Source: Paramecium tetraurelia (taxonomy: Eukaryota). From it: a DNA stretch of 64,000 bases. Position 1 is the stretch's first letter. Every line of letters begins with the position of its first letter. Positions 1 through 14,100 of the stretch are shown piece by piece. The stretch covers positions 1 to 64,000 of the forward strand of contig CT868068.1 in assembly GCA_000165425.1 (NCBI GenBank), read 5' to 3'. The translations under genes and the position numbers were made by a program. The notes under the pieces are model-generated. The model was not told the DNA's origin, made no database searches, and worked only from the letters and a program-made list of their open reading frames with translations.

Positions 1-977
1 GGTTTATATTATTTTGACAACACTAAAGTATTTGGTTCTAAAATGAATGTATTGTATATAGAATTAAATGATATCGATTAGAAATAAAAAATACTTTTTT
101 TAAGTAGTTCTTGAAAAAAATAATGAATTTTAATATTACATCACACATAAATTTATTATTATAATGTCTAATTCCATTCTAATTAATACCTCAAAAGAAA
201 GTTGAATTTCACAGCAGATTTAAAAAGTAGATAAAGTTGTAATAGTTTTGTTTAATAAACCTCAAAAATTTTATTTTAAGTTTGATAATAAATTATCACT
301 ATTTTCTAAGAATTATATTGTATAAAGTGTATAATTCAATTTAAATAAAGAATTTAATTAATACAATGTACTTCGTAGAGCTGAGGTATTGGAGTTATCT
401 ATCCAAAATAATTTTTTATTATATAGTTAATTGGGTAATGCTGATCTAAAACTTTTTTCTTGCAATCCAGTAAGAAAAATTATCAAATAATAGAAAAGTG
501 TTTATATGAACGTGAATTTAAAAATAAATCCACCCAATATTTTACAATTGATGAAATAAAATATTCAATTTTATCATTCTAAAGATTTTTATATTATGTT
601 ATTAAACTTTATTCTCAATTGCAATTTTAAGATTCTGATTTTAAAGATAAATATAATCAACTCTTTTTGAAATAATTAATCAAATTTTTCAGAAATTATA
701 TATTTTTTCTAATCAAATTATAAAGATATTATTATTGAATCCTTATAAATACTAGTTAATTTTATTATTTTTGAAGGACAGAAAGTTTTTTCACAAAAAT
801 TTTTCTTTCTTTGATTCTAAGTAAGAAACTAAACCTTTAATTCAAAAAAACCTCTCACAAAGTAGAACAATAAAGAATATATCTATGAAATTTTATTTCA
901 TGCAACCCAAACAGGGTGGAGAAGGTCAAAGCTAATTTAACTAATAAATCATTTGAATAATAATGTATATATTTTAA

Positions 978-2312
978 TCATTTTAGATGTAATTGTTTTA
1001 ACTAATTTATATTGTGCTCCATATCATTTAGGTCAAATCTCCACAAATTTAATCCACTATAATTTAAATTTAATAAATATTGGCTATTTACAATTTATAA
1101 TTATTGATTCATTGATGCCATTTCATTTCTTTTATGAAGATATAAAACTTATTTTCCTAGTACTGTTTCATACGCTTCTATTTAATCATATGAAATTGCC
1201 ACCAATACTTTATCATGTTTAATTAAATAAATATCAGTTGAATCCGAGGTTTCTTATGAATCAAATTTTCTTAAAATTTTTCTCTTATTTAAACTTAACT
1301 AATATATATAAGTGTGCTTTGCATCAAATTTCACTGATTAATAGATTAAATTACTTCTATTGCTAATACAACTTTCTTTGTAATTTATTATGGTAGTGAG
1401 ATTCCTTTTAATGTACAATTATTTTCCATTTTTACAATAAATAGCCTTTACAATTTAATTAAAATAAATCATTAAGATATCTTTATATAATATCATTGAA
1501 TAAGGTTACTGATATGGAGTTATAGAATTAATTTATCTAGAATTAATTACTTAGTTCTCATAATTAAGTTAGTTCAATTAAGTATTACTATCTAGTTACA
1601 GCATTGTTGTTTGATAGAAGATTACTAGATTTTGAGTATTGTTTGTCTCATACTATATAAATATTTAATTATTAGCATCATATAAGCAAAATACTTAGTT
1701 AGTATAAATTCCAATTTAATTCAAATCATAGTTACAGATTAATTAGGCAGCGTACAATTTATAATTAACATTCTCTTCAAATCGTTTAAAAATAGAAAAA
1801 TCTTATTAATTTAATAAAATAATAATTATTCTGCACCTTTAACATTTGTTATTGATTATTATTCCAGGTTATATAAGAATAAGATAAATAAAGTCTTTCG
1901 TTCCTCCAATTAATATAACTTTATATTTATCTTTTATTTTGAATTGCAATTATGGTTCTTAGTATATTTAAAAAAAAAATTTGTTTATATTTTTTTTCAA
2001 TATTTCGAACTAAGATTGCAAATACTTTTGAAAGTCATTTTATTATAACTAGCTGCTGACTTATTTCACTTTACTTAATTAAAGATACTCTTCGTCTATT
2101 AAGTCATATTAATCTTCATCAAAAATATAATGGACAACTTCATTGATGATTTGCTAATATTCTTCTTTGTAATTGATTGAAGTCCTCTAATTTTGGATAA
2201 GATTGTAATTTTAATTAATCCATTCAATATGATATTGTTCTGCTATTCTATTGATTAAAGTGATTTAATCTTATATATAATCATCATCATCTTCATGATC
2301 TTGAAAACTCAT
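978..2312 (-). CDS. Hypothetical protein (~444 aa), possibly a degenerate beta-propeller
   Basis: Uninterrupted ciliate-code frame from ATG 2312 (MSFQDHEDDDD) to TGA 978. Two similar segments (IVKAIYCKNGKQLY / IEAYETVLGKQVLY) resemble propeller blades. Confidence 0.6.
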
Positions 2313-3023
2313 GAATAATGAAAGAATAAATATATAAATTAATTCAAACAAAAATTCAAACTATTAAAATGTATGGATATTAAATAAAATAGAGATATCT
2401 GATTATTACAATAGAATACTGTATTTAATTAGTATAATATTAAGTTTATTTTGATAATAACCTAAATCTAGACCCTTATTTTTAATTTTCGTAAAATGTA
2501 CAATTACATACCATACCTCTTGCAAATATTTATATTTATAGATTACAAATTAGATAATGGATTATAATGAAGTTTCTTACAAATTTTGGGTATTAGAGAG
2601 AAGAAACAAATTTTTTTGTTTAAAGCGTTTTTATTTTTCCCCAAAGTGTCCTAAAAGAAAATACAAAACGAAACATCTTTTAAACATTTTTAAGACAAGT
2701 TCAATATTTACTATCTATTTCTTCAAGTAGGAATTATTTCTTCAATTATGATTTATATAACTTTTAGCTTCATTCTATTTAAATGTAATACAACTTACGC
2801 ACCAAGCATGTATTTATAAATTAGATTTTATAATATTTATTTAATTTTCTTCTAATATTGTCATATCATAATAGAAAGAAATAAGATAACAAGATAGTTT
2901 GATTAATATATGATAATTGTATTTTGCATTTTTTTATTATTTTTTATTACATGACTTTGATAAATTAATAAAATAAGAAAGGACCACATTTCAAGTTTAT
3001 TTAATATATAAATAACTTGAAAA

Positions 3024-5654
3024 TCATTGAATATAATTAATTGATTATAGTTTATTATTTAGATTATTAAATGGATTCAAATTTTTAAATAAAAGAGTCT
3101 TAGCTTTAAGGCTTTTAATTTGACATTATAATAAAATGTGTACTTATTCATAGTTTGGATATGCTTTAATATTTTTCTCTAATATTTTGAATTGGCTTTT
3201 TCTAATTTCTGAATTACAAATGACACATTCCCTGAAGGAAAGTAATTCTGAAATGACTCACATTAATCACATTATATAGATGGATGGGGAAATTTTGCAC
3301 TGTTAAAAAGAACATCGAGCATATTGAATTCTTTAATAATATTTTTCTATGGCTTTTAAGATTTCCCAGAATTTAATACTTCTTATTCTTAATTTAAAGA
3401 TTACTCTCTTCGAAAAATTGCTCTACTTACAAAACTTTTAGCCATCGGCAGATGAAATCTTTCAGGATCTCCATCATTTAAAATGATTTTTTGTGTTTAT
3501 TTAATTTCATTATTTAGCTCAGAAGAACTATTACTTTATGAGCTGTGGGCTGCTAGCGCTAATTATAGAGAGTTTGATAATTAGAATCCAAAATTATCTT
3601 CTAAGAATTTAGTAACAGATTGAGAAAGTTATCGTTACTCTTTTATGCTTTTAATTTTATTTCCCAATCGAGTTTTTGGCGATCTTAAGAATATAACAGA
3701 TTATTAAGTTTTCTTTAATAACCTTTGTTCTAAATCAGGATAATAATTGAGAACTGGGCAATCGATCTCTTGATGATTGTATCGATCACAAAATTAACAG
3801 CATAAATCAAAGATTCTATAATTTTTATTGAAAATGATTTAGTCTTTTATGTTATGAAAAGTTTCAAAATCTTTTCTATTAAATTACAAAATTTCTATAA
3901 AACTTTTTCTGCTAATAGTATAAACTTTAGAAAATCCAGTACTTATTGCTGAGGTCTTTGGAGGAAAATCAGTAAAAAACTAATAAAAACCAAAAGTTTA
4001 ATTCTATTATAATTTGTTAAATTTCATTTTGCTTCTTTCCTCTACTATTTCAATTTCACCTTCTTTAATAAAGTAAAGATTTTTTTCCATAATATCTCCT
4101 CTTTTGTAAATGAAATCTCCAGGAGAGTACTTTATCAATTATAAACTCTTTGATAATAACTGTTAAGTTCTCTATGAGAACTGTCCTATTACGGATTTTA
4201 CTTAATTAATCACTCTTATTTATATATCGTCTTTTAAATCCTATTATAAATTTTATGGCAATATAGAAATCAGATTGTCGACATCATCTTAATTTTCATT
4301 TTGCTCTTAATTGATATAGTATTTTAAATAATTTCTTATTCTACTCTATATTTTAGGTTCTACTTAATTTTTATTCATAAATGTATTCATTTTTAAGATG
4401 GATCTTTTGTATTTCAATTTTGAGTCTTATAAGTTTTTTAAGATAATACCAATTTAATTCATTGAGTATGCAAAAACTCCGCTAGATAAAAACATAATAA
4501 TGTCGACAAAAATAAGTTCTAATTAACTTTAAGCTGTAACATCGCCATATCCTATAGTCGTCATTGTCATGGTTGCCCAATAAAACGCATAATTATATTA
4601 TCTCCATATAGGTTCATTCAACAATTCATACTTAATGAGCCATGATGTTTCCATTGATTTTACTCCAACATAATGCCAAAAGCATGCAACAATGTGAGCA
4701 AGCAAATAAATAGAAAGTATTAGGCTTAGTAAATCCATTAGACTATTTGAAATCCCTTTGAAGAATACGAATTCAAAATAATCCGACAAGTATCTATCGA
4801 TTTTTTTGTAAGTTACAATCAGCTAAGCAAATGTCAAGCATTCTCCAAACACTTGATATGTCAGTAGATTCTGCTAAATTAATATCCATAATATTAAATT
4901 AAGTATGTCATTTATAAAATTGGTTTGGAGATACTTTTATATCAAAGTTTTTCGTTTCGATATTAATATTCCCTAAATGATAATACCTTTGTTTAGGGAA
5001 ATCAATATGTCACTAATTAAAAATATAATAATTGATAGCTTTAAGGAAGAAAGCTAAATTTCATTTTAATTCTATTGAAATGACAATAAAAATGGAGTCA
5101 GCCATAATATAATAAAATTAAAGATGATTCCAACAGCATTCCAAAATATAATGAATCCACATGTTGGTTATATCACTGGTATTCGCGATTAAGTATATGT
5201 GTCTAGAGATTATTTAAGATTATATACCTAATATAGGTTATTTGTTATTTTCTTCAATGTATTTATCATGAATTAGTTGCCTTTTATTTTACTTTAATAT
5301 GTAGGTGTTCGTAAACAAATTATTTATAAATTATTATTTAATTTTCTCAGCTTTAATTACTTTCACTAAATTTGACTGAATCAATTTGCTTTTGAATTTT
5401 ATTGTTTAAAATGTGTTATTAATAGTGTTATTATCATCAGATATCCTAGACAAGTTATTCGCCTGTTCTTAATTTATAATTCTAGGCTAAATAGATATAC
5501 TACGAGAGGTTTATTTTCCTCGATCAAAGTCAATCATTTATCTACAGGCATCATCTGATATTTCTGATAATCTCGAAGCTGATTCACTCTTGCTGCTAAT
5601 TTGCTTAGTAAATTTTCTAGGGCTTGGTCTCAATTCAATATTCACTTTTTACAT
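3024..5654 (-). CDS. Six-TM K+ channel with cyclic-nucleotide-binding domain (EAG/HCN/CNG-like)
   Basis: S5 segment HIVACFWHYVG, pore motif WATMTTIGYGD, C-linker and CNBD (YSPGDFIYKRGD...LYFIKEGEIEI...GF...FF). Span is 877 codons. Confidence 0.92.
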
Positions 5655-7743
5655 ATAATATTAAAAATAATATTAAGTGATCCACATTTGAAAATGAACA
5701 AGAATTAAATTGAAACTGATTCTGGCCATTTGGCATTATCATCATTTTTTTTAAAAACGTTGCTGTTAAATTATTTATGATCAAAGTTAATAAAGTGAGA
5801 ATCCTTAACAATAATTATTAAATTGTTGAAACACATAAATACATTAGATTCAATATATGTTGGGAAATATAAGTCATACTGTTAGAGTAATAATTATTTA
5901 AAAGTAAATCAGCCATAAATTCAAAACAATAACGTTTCAGAATGATTTTTAAAATAGTCATAAAAATGAATTATGTGAAAATACAATAATTTAATAAATA
6001 TCTCTAAAATTGATGTTGTTCCAAAATATTAGATCTTTTATATTGAGCCTAGCAAATAAAATATCCTTGAAATATGTTTATGTATATTACAAAATACATA
6101 AACCATTAAATATTATATGAACTATTTTAATTTGATCTTTACATTTATATACAAAACAAATTTTCTCCTTGATTAAAGAAGTGTTTTCTTTTATTTATAA
6201 ATGTTCACTAGAATAAGTTATCATAATGATTCAAATAATTATTATGTATACTATGAAATATAGTTGTGAATTTATTCAAAAAAGATTAGTCATTAAAGAT
6301 AGAAAGGAGCCATACATTATAGATTAGGCTACATCATTTTTAATATTAATCTTAATTGTAAATTAATTTTAGTTGGAGGAAACATATTTGAAGTTAATAA
6401 TACATATTAATTTCAGTATTTGGATATATGTTTATAAAAGGTTTTATTTAAGAATAATTTTGAATTATTTGCAACTCTTTGTTTTTGAGTTTATCTATAA
6501 TTTGTTTTTCTAAAGCTACTAATTATTTTTTTTCATTATGTAAAAGTTTGAAAAATAATTCCCTCTATTCGCAATTTTGAAACATTATAATTACTATTTA
6601 ATTATCTCAACTGAGAATAAATCTAAATAAATATTAATTATGATTTTTCTTCATGCTTGAGCATATATTTGTGTTATTAAATAAAAATACAAAAGTTGAA
6701 TAAATTTTAGTATCTAAATAATAATCATTATAATTTTCTTAATTCATTCAAAATTATTTTGCATTTAAATTTTATAAGATTAAAATTCTATAATTTGTTT
6801 ATTACTAAAATTCTAACGAGGGAATTTTCAAATTTCTAAAGAGATGACTTTATGCAATTATCATTTCATAAATATATAAAAATAATAATATCTTTATTAT
6901 TGTTATAGTGGGTAAATTCGTATAACCTCCTGCTAATATAATTATTAAAACCTTTCAATTACACCATCATAATTAACTAAATTTTGCTTCTCTAATATAG
7001 CAGAATACAATAATTCTTTATAAATTATCTCTCCTCTGAAAACAATTAAGTAGGTATTTTAATTAGTTATTGAAAAAAGAAATACTTATCTTTAGTCTGA
7101 TAAGTATCGAATAATCTTGAAATCAATTAATAAAAACAGTAATAATTATTTGGGCTTCAATAGATGGTTTGCAAAGCTTGCAATTCAATACTCTCACACA
7201 AGATTTAGAATCGGAAGTCCAAACAATTTTTAATAAATAAATAATATTATTTAGGTTTTATTTTTTTTGATAAGAAATCCTACTATTATATCAGTAAAGG
7301 CTACAATTAAAAACTAGGGTTAAATCTAATCCAACATAAATTTAATTACTTAAAGCATTACACTTAAATGATCATAAATTTAAGCTAAAAAGGTTTGAGA
7401 AGATTAATCAACTTTTTTAATATAGTTAATCCATTTAAAAATATTAGAGCTCATTTTTTGTATTAAATATTTAGGAATTTGTTATTTTAAGTTTCTATTT
7501 CAAGAATAGTAAATGAATCCTACATATAATTATTAAATTATTTATTAGATTAAGTTATGAAATGAATTTTATTATTTCAAAGTATCTTTGAGTGCATTAA
7601 ATTCAATTTTATATTAAAAGTAAAATAATCTAAATTTATTTAATGTATATTATAGATATCTCATTTTCTTAATACGCCATAAAAGATGTAATCTAAACTT
7701 TTATTTCAAACAAATTAATTTATTTGACAATAAATAATATAGA

Positions 7744-9164
7744 ATGAATAATTTGCACTCAGATTCGAGACAAACTCTTTAGTAGTAAGACATAGAAATT
7801 TATTAATTGATTGAGAAAGAAAAGAATTTGCAATAAAATAGCATAAATTTGATTCCGAGTGAAAATTATACATCTAGAGCAGTGGCTGAGGCATTATCTT
7901 GTGTATTTAGCTCCAGATATGCTCCAGGTAAATTCTTATTTTATTTTGCATAGGACCTCAAGGAAGCAAATATGCCCCATAAGTTGAAAATTATGATGAA
8001 ATAGAGAAACTCTGTTAAGAGAGAGCATTAACAGCATTTTAATTAGATCCTCAATAATGGGGTGTCAATGCTTAGATGGGGAGTGGATCTTCTGCTAACT
8101 TAGCAATATTTTTAGGTTTATTGGAACCAAAAGATAGAATAATGAGTATGGAATTTTAATAAGGTGGTCATTTTTCTCATGGATATTAGATAGGAGAAAA
8201 GAAGTTATCAGCAATTAGTAAAATATTTGAAGTCCTATTTTACTAACTTAATGAAGTAAGATGCATAATATCATTTTTATAGAAAACTTAAGAAATTGAT
8301 TATGATAAAGTTGAAATATTAGCTAAGGCATACAAACCAAAGTTAATTGTTGCTGGTTGTTCAGCTTATAGTAAATTAATCGACTTTGGAAGATTCAGAA
8401 ATATTTGTGATTAAGTTGGTGCTATTTTATTGGCAGATATAGCTCATACTAGTGGTTTAATGTCAGCTGGAGTTATTCCCTCTCCATTTCCTTATGCAGA
8501 CATTGTTATGACAACTACTCATAAATCGTAATATTCTTTTTTAAGGTAGCTTACGTGGACCAAGAGGCAGTTTAATTTATTATAAATTATAATACAAAAA
8601 CAGAATAGATGAATCAGTTGCCCCAGGATTAGTAGCTGGAGCACATTTCCATACAATTACTGGCATAGCTGTAGCATTGAAAGAGACTCAATCTCCATCA
8701 TATATCCAACTCTAGAAAGATGTTGTGGACAACAATAAACATTTTGCAGCTGAGTTCTAAAGATTAGGATTTGATTTGATTGCAGGAGGAACTGAAAATC
8801 ACTTAATATTGGTAGACTTAAGAAAGTTTAATGTTGACGCTGTTAAAATGGAATATATCCTCAGTTAAATCAATATCTAATGCAACAAACAGCTTGTTCC
8901 TTTTGACACGGTACCTCAGCCAAGAGCATTAAGAGTTGGGTAATTATCTTGATTAATATATATAGATCAATTCCATTATCAGTTAGGTAGGCATCTAAAG
9001 AACATTTCACAAGAGTTGCTTAAATCATAAAAGAATCCGTTGAATTGGTCTAAACTGTTACTGTTGATATTAAGATATGGGCAGCTGAAAACTAGGATAA
9101 ACTAATACCCCTAAAGTAAAAGGTTGTAGAATTGGCAAATGAATTACCAATTCCTTGGATGTGA
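7744..9164 (+). CDS. SHMT: Serine hydroxymethyltransferase-like PLP enzyme (divergent), 4 introns
   Basis: Motifs [39 protein letters not shown] (PLP Lys), GGTENHL, LRVG. Removing introns 7928-7953, 8256-8282, 8528-8549 and 8940-8965 gives 440 codons. Confidence 0.92.
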
Positions 9165-9427
9165 AATGTTAAATTAGTATAAATTAAAGAATAATTATTT
9201 ACAATTTTATTTGCAAATATGGAAATTTATATGATCTTTACTTTGAATTATTCTAATTTATTTCAACAATAAAAAGATGGTTTTATCATACATTAACTAC
9301 AAATTTAAAGTTATAGATGTTGAACTTTTATATTTCTATTTACACCAATTTCTATATATTTAAAAAATTGAGAATTTGAATTAATTAATAATTTTGTATT
9401 GTTAATAATGTAATATTTTATAACAAA

Positions 9428-10588
9428 TCACTATTTCTTGCATATGACTACCGTGAAATCACACCAACTTCCAACAAATAAATTATTACCACTAATAAGG
9501 GCTCCAGATAGTCCTTTCGATAATTCAGTACTTTAAGCCAGATAAGTTAGTTTATTTTATGATAAGTCATATTCTCCTACTGTTCCATAATAATCATATT
9601 TGGATTGCCTATCCAATCTAGTTAATCCTTTCAAGAATCCATCTAAAGAAAAATAATTACTCATCTTTGGGATAAGTCCAAGAATCAAAGAGTTCCTCTC
9701 AGAGTCATATTCTAAATTATCAATTGAATTTTAGACATCGATGTATCTTTTGAATATTAATCCTTGACTTGTAAGTTCATATTCGTTCAATTATCTGGCT
9801 ATGCTGTCGGCAGCCCAAACCAAATTTTTTTAGTTCCAAGTAATCCCATTTAAAACTACCCCTGTAAGTGAAGGATCAAGCAGTTCAATGCATTATGGTT
9901 TAATGATAGTGGAATCCTTTTGAAATTTACAATCAATTATAAATGAAGTTCGTTATTGACTTATCCAAATAAATAATGTCTTAATAAAATGAGAAGGAGC
10001 CATTTCAGACCTTCCTTCTTTAGGATCTGCATATGGCAAGTATTTAGTAATTAAAAATCTATTGTCTTCAATGACGATTAGATCGTTCAACACTCCATTA
10101 TAGTTTTCATCCATAATTATAGAATGTTGATATTCCAAATTAAGATGCTCATCCTTGATTTTGAAGACTTCTATTCTTTCTCCACCATTCTAATATGCAT
10201 GATTGAGAGCATAGATGTATTCCCCATCTTCTTGTTTTCTAATATACAATCCATGTACATAAAGTGAAATGTCGTTTGGAAAATTCTAAATTCCTAATTT
10301 CACTACTTTTGGTTTCTCATCTTGAGTATTTACGATTGCATAAAGTCCTAGCTATTCTAAAATGGGTTTTCCATGTGACCATAACTTATGGAAGTCTCCA
10401 GATCCTACAATGATTGTTGTCTTGTTGTATTTTTGCATATCCTCTGGACCAACAATGTCTGTATCCAAGTATTCACAATTCGAATATGTATTGATAATAG
10501 GGACGCTCTTGAAGAAATCAAAAAATCCAATCACAACCTTTATCAAGAATGCCAAAGTGGCTCCGATAATGAGAGCTTTAATTTTCAT
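9428..10588 (-). CDS. Paraoxonase/arylesterase-like lactonase with N-terminal signal anchor
   Basis: Hydrophobic N-terminus, then GPEDM, VHGL, LNHA, ERIEVF, LNDL, LNGI and IDNL motifs of the PON six-bladed propeller. 387 codons, no intron. Confidence 0.85.
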
Positions 10589-11040
10589 AGAATATTTTGG
10601 AAAGAGTCAATTTAATTTAGTAGTATTTAAATTAATTACGATGACTTCATTGCATCTAAGTGATGATAAATTCTCATGAAGGATTCTGAATTCAAAGCCA
10701 AATTGATTTTTAAGATAACACATATTAATATGCTTATCATTAAAATTTATGAGAATTCTTTAAATTTGTAATAAAGCCTCAATTGATTTAGAAAGATCAA
10801 TTTTAGCATTATGTCTAAATTACGACTTAAATAAATATTATTCTAGATATATTTTATTTTTTAAAAATAACTTATTGAATATAGTATACTTCATTAATTG
10901 TTAATGATGATTATTTACCGTTCAAATAGCTTTATCATCTATTAATAATAAAGTTTAAAAATTAAACTATTTTCAACAGCATTGATATGAGATGATCAAA
11001 TTAATAATTATAATAAATTTATATTCTTAAATCATAGTAA

Positions 11041-12802
11041 TCAATATAATTTTGAGAATGTGCAAGCAAATTTTAAAGTATGTTCATTCTATTATATTAT
11101 AAAATGGTTGAGTGTACAAAATTAAGACATCAAAATTTAAATTGTGCTTACATCAAACAGAAGAAGTTTTGGTAATTCATAAAAAGATTATAAAAAGCAT
11201 AATCTATTGATACAAGCCTCAAACAGGCACTTCTGATTAAATTACCTTTTATTTGAACTAGCCCAATTTGCTGCCAATATTGAATACGAAGATGCAACTT
11301 TGCTTGGTTGTTTTAAACAAAAGATTAAGTTAATTTCTATCATTTCATTATCTGTTGATAAAAAGTCTATTTAAAAATTAGGTAAATAGTTTTCAGTATA
11401 ATGTACAAATTTACAACAACATAAAATTACAGATATAAAAATCTATGGATTACATTTGAACGCAATTTCACAAGATATTTTTATTTTGTTTTTGAAAATA
11501 GATTATAATTATGCAATTAAATCTTGATTATTAATTCTGGATTTGACATCATACTTGTATTCTTGAGTCAAAAAGGATAAGTTAAATAAAGTCATTTGTA
11601 AGTATGCGTAATTAAGGATTCTTTTATCTAAGTTATCTATTTGTTTTTTTATTGATTGTGATTTGTTTAGATTTGATTGAAATGCAGAACAATAAAATTG
11701 ATCTTTGATTAATTGCGAGACATTTTTAGATAATTCCTGCAAAAATATAATAAGCATGCCTTAGCCTTTTTGATCTGGAATTTGTATCTTATCTAAAATA
11801 AGTAAGCATTAAACTTCGTTATTCAAAATACATTTTGTCAATTTAACCTTATAAAAGATTTTGTTAATTTAATCTATAAAGTACTTCTGCTTATCTTATT
11901 TATCTAGAAAATTAGTCTTCTTTTCCATCAGCATATTTCGTACATATTACTCTAAATTGTTTGCTTGATCACAAGATGGATGTTAATACGTTGAATTTGC
12001 GAAAATTAACTATAAATAGAGTAAATATTGTTTTACATTTCTCAAAAATTATCTTAAATCATAACATCCATTAATGCCATGAGTTTGTTGGGATCTGATA
12101 CTTTGTTTGACTAATCTTATCTAATCCTACTTCTAATCATAACGAATCAAAATGATAGTATTTGAAATAGCCTTTCTAATAATCCATTCCCACTATTCTT
12201 ATTGGAATGAATAAAAAAATTCCTCCTTTTTTTTCCTTTCATAATTGTACTTTACTGCCACCATACAAATCATCATAAAGAAAAAACTTAGTATATGTGC
12301 GATACTGTAGATCTCATCAAAAGGGAGCAAGAGTACATGAATGGTTGTAGTGATTAAAAGGACAGATGTCGATACCATCATATCAGTGCCTTATAAATAT
12401 AAACAAAAGTGCATAAAACAAGTTTAATACCCATAACTCCAATTAAATAATTGATTTGTTTTGTTGGAGCTATCCATTATTTTATTAACTTCAACTATGA
12501 ATAGGACATAGAACTAGTAGAATGATATCACATAATTTATTAGATATGGCTTATGTGTTATCAATTTTTACAATCCAACAATTAAGAAACAACTGAATCC
12601 AGCCAATATGGAATAGTAGACACTCTAGGCCAATATAAATTAAACCATGTTTAAAATAGCGAATGTCTACAATATATTTACTTCTTACCAATGCATATAC
12701 AGTGAAGTTTAGATGCTCTTTTATGATTTTAGGAGAATTTTACTGAAGGTATTTATCGGATTGATCTTTGTATAAGAAATTTAGAGTGTATTTATTCAAC
12801 AT
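11041..12802 (-). CDS. Hypothetical multi-pass membrane protein with cytosolic C-terminal domain
   Basis: ATG 12802 (MLNKYTLNF), one 22-nt intron, about 5-6 hydrophobic helices, then an open frame to TGA 11041 (580 codons). Confidence 0.7.
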
Positions 12803-12961
12803 ATTTTTGAAATTAAAATAAGGATTTAAAACAGTGTTGCTTAAACAACTTAAATACTTTAGAGTACATTAAATACTTATTTGGCTTCAATATGTTTTAG
12901 TATATTTGTTATAAATAAAAAAATAATTAATGATCATTATTAATAACAGAAACCAAATTTA

Positions 12962-13965
12962 ATGATTATGTAAAGGCCTATGAGTTTACTTGAGTACGCT
13001 CTATCTGAATCTAACTTGAGTATGAATATTAAAAAAAGGAATTTAACTATTGAAACTTAATCTATATAGACAAGTCCCAATTTATTTTAAAATAATCAAG
13101 CAGATTTGGAACTATTGGTGGATATGCATTCTTAAAATAAATAATGGGTCTCCATGGAATTGTTTCGATTGATAATTCAAAAAATAGAAGAAAAATTAAG
13201 TGAAATAGACGAAAGATTAGACAATAGAGAAGGATTTCAAAATATAACATAAAAGTATAGTGTATAAAAGAAGATGTCTAAGAGTTATTAACAAGGAGAT
13301 TTTAGCTAAATGGATTAGAGTCAAGATGAATTGGAATCAAAATTGTAAATTAGTTAAGCAAAAAAACTCAATATCTCTTAGCTTAAGAAATCAGAAATTA
13401 GGGAAATAAGAAATGAAGAACCATTGATAGGAAGATAAAACTTATTGGAAAAGAAACTAGTCTCAATGGAGGAGAAACAAACCAAAATTTAAAAAGAAAT
13501 GAGCAATTTCACTTTGGAAATAGAATCTAAAATTTAAGTAATGATTAAAAATTCTATGTTTTTAGTAATGCATAAAGTAAATTGATTGGAGTTTGGAAAA
13601 ATTCAATAAGTTTTCTTCAGAATTGTTAGATAAGGTCAAAGATGTTACTGATAATCACACAGAGATATTTTAGCATTTGTAAAAAAATAAGGAAGACATA
13701 AAGTAACATAATAATTATTAGATTTAGTTATGTCAGAATAAGTGCGGAGCATTTTAATTAAAATACTTTGACCCAACTTGAATAAATATCAGCTTCTATT
13801 GTGAACCTAAATAATTTTGTAGAAAAACACGATAATGAATTGAGTTTCTACAAGGATATAATTTAAATAACAGAAAGTGATATTCTGAAAATTATCTAAT
13901 TCGAAAAGGACATACTAAAGATTGTATATAAACGCTAAGAATAAAATGAAAAATAAGGAAAATGA
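12962..13965 (+). CDS. Hypothetical coiled-coil protein
   Basis: E/K/Q/L-rich heptad-like translation ending at TGA 13963-13965. Tiny introns are likely near 13566 and 13703 but were not fully resolved. Confidence 0.6.
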
Positions 13966-14100
13966 CTAAAATAATATTTAATTATAGAAAATGCAATGAA
14001 ATTGAATATCAACTTATTCGTATCTAGAACAATAGTGATCTCTTTGAATAATAATAATATTAAGAGTGCATTATTAATTTCTATATTAAATTAATCCATA

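Noticed and set aside
10362..10679. Plus-strand standard-code ORFs here, and similar ones at 17620-17901, 36292-36702 and 41689-41982
   Set aside because: They are antisense shadows of well-supported minus-strand genes.
11041..12802. Sensor histidine kinase
   Set aside because: The layout is suggestive, but no H-box His or N/G boxes are visible.
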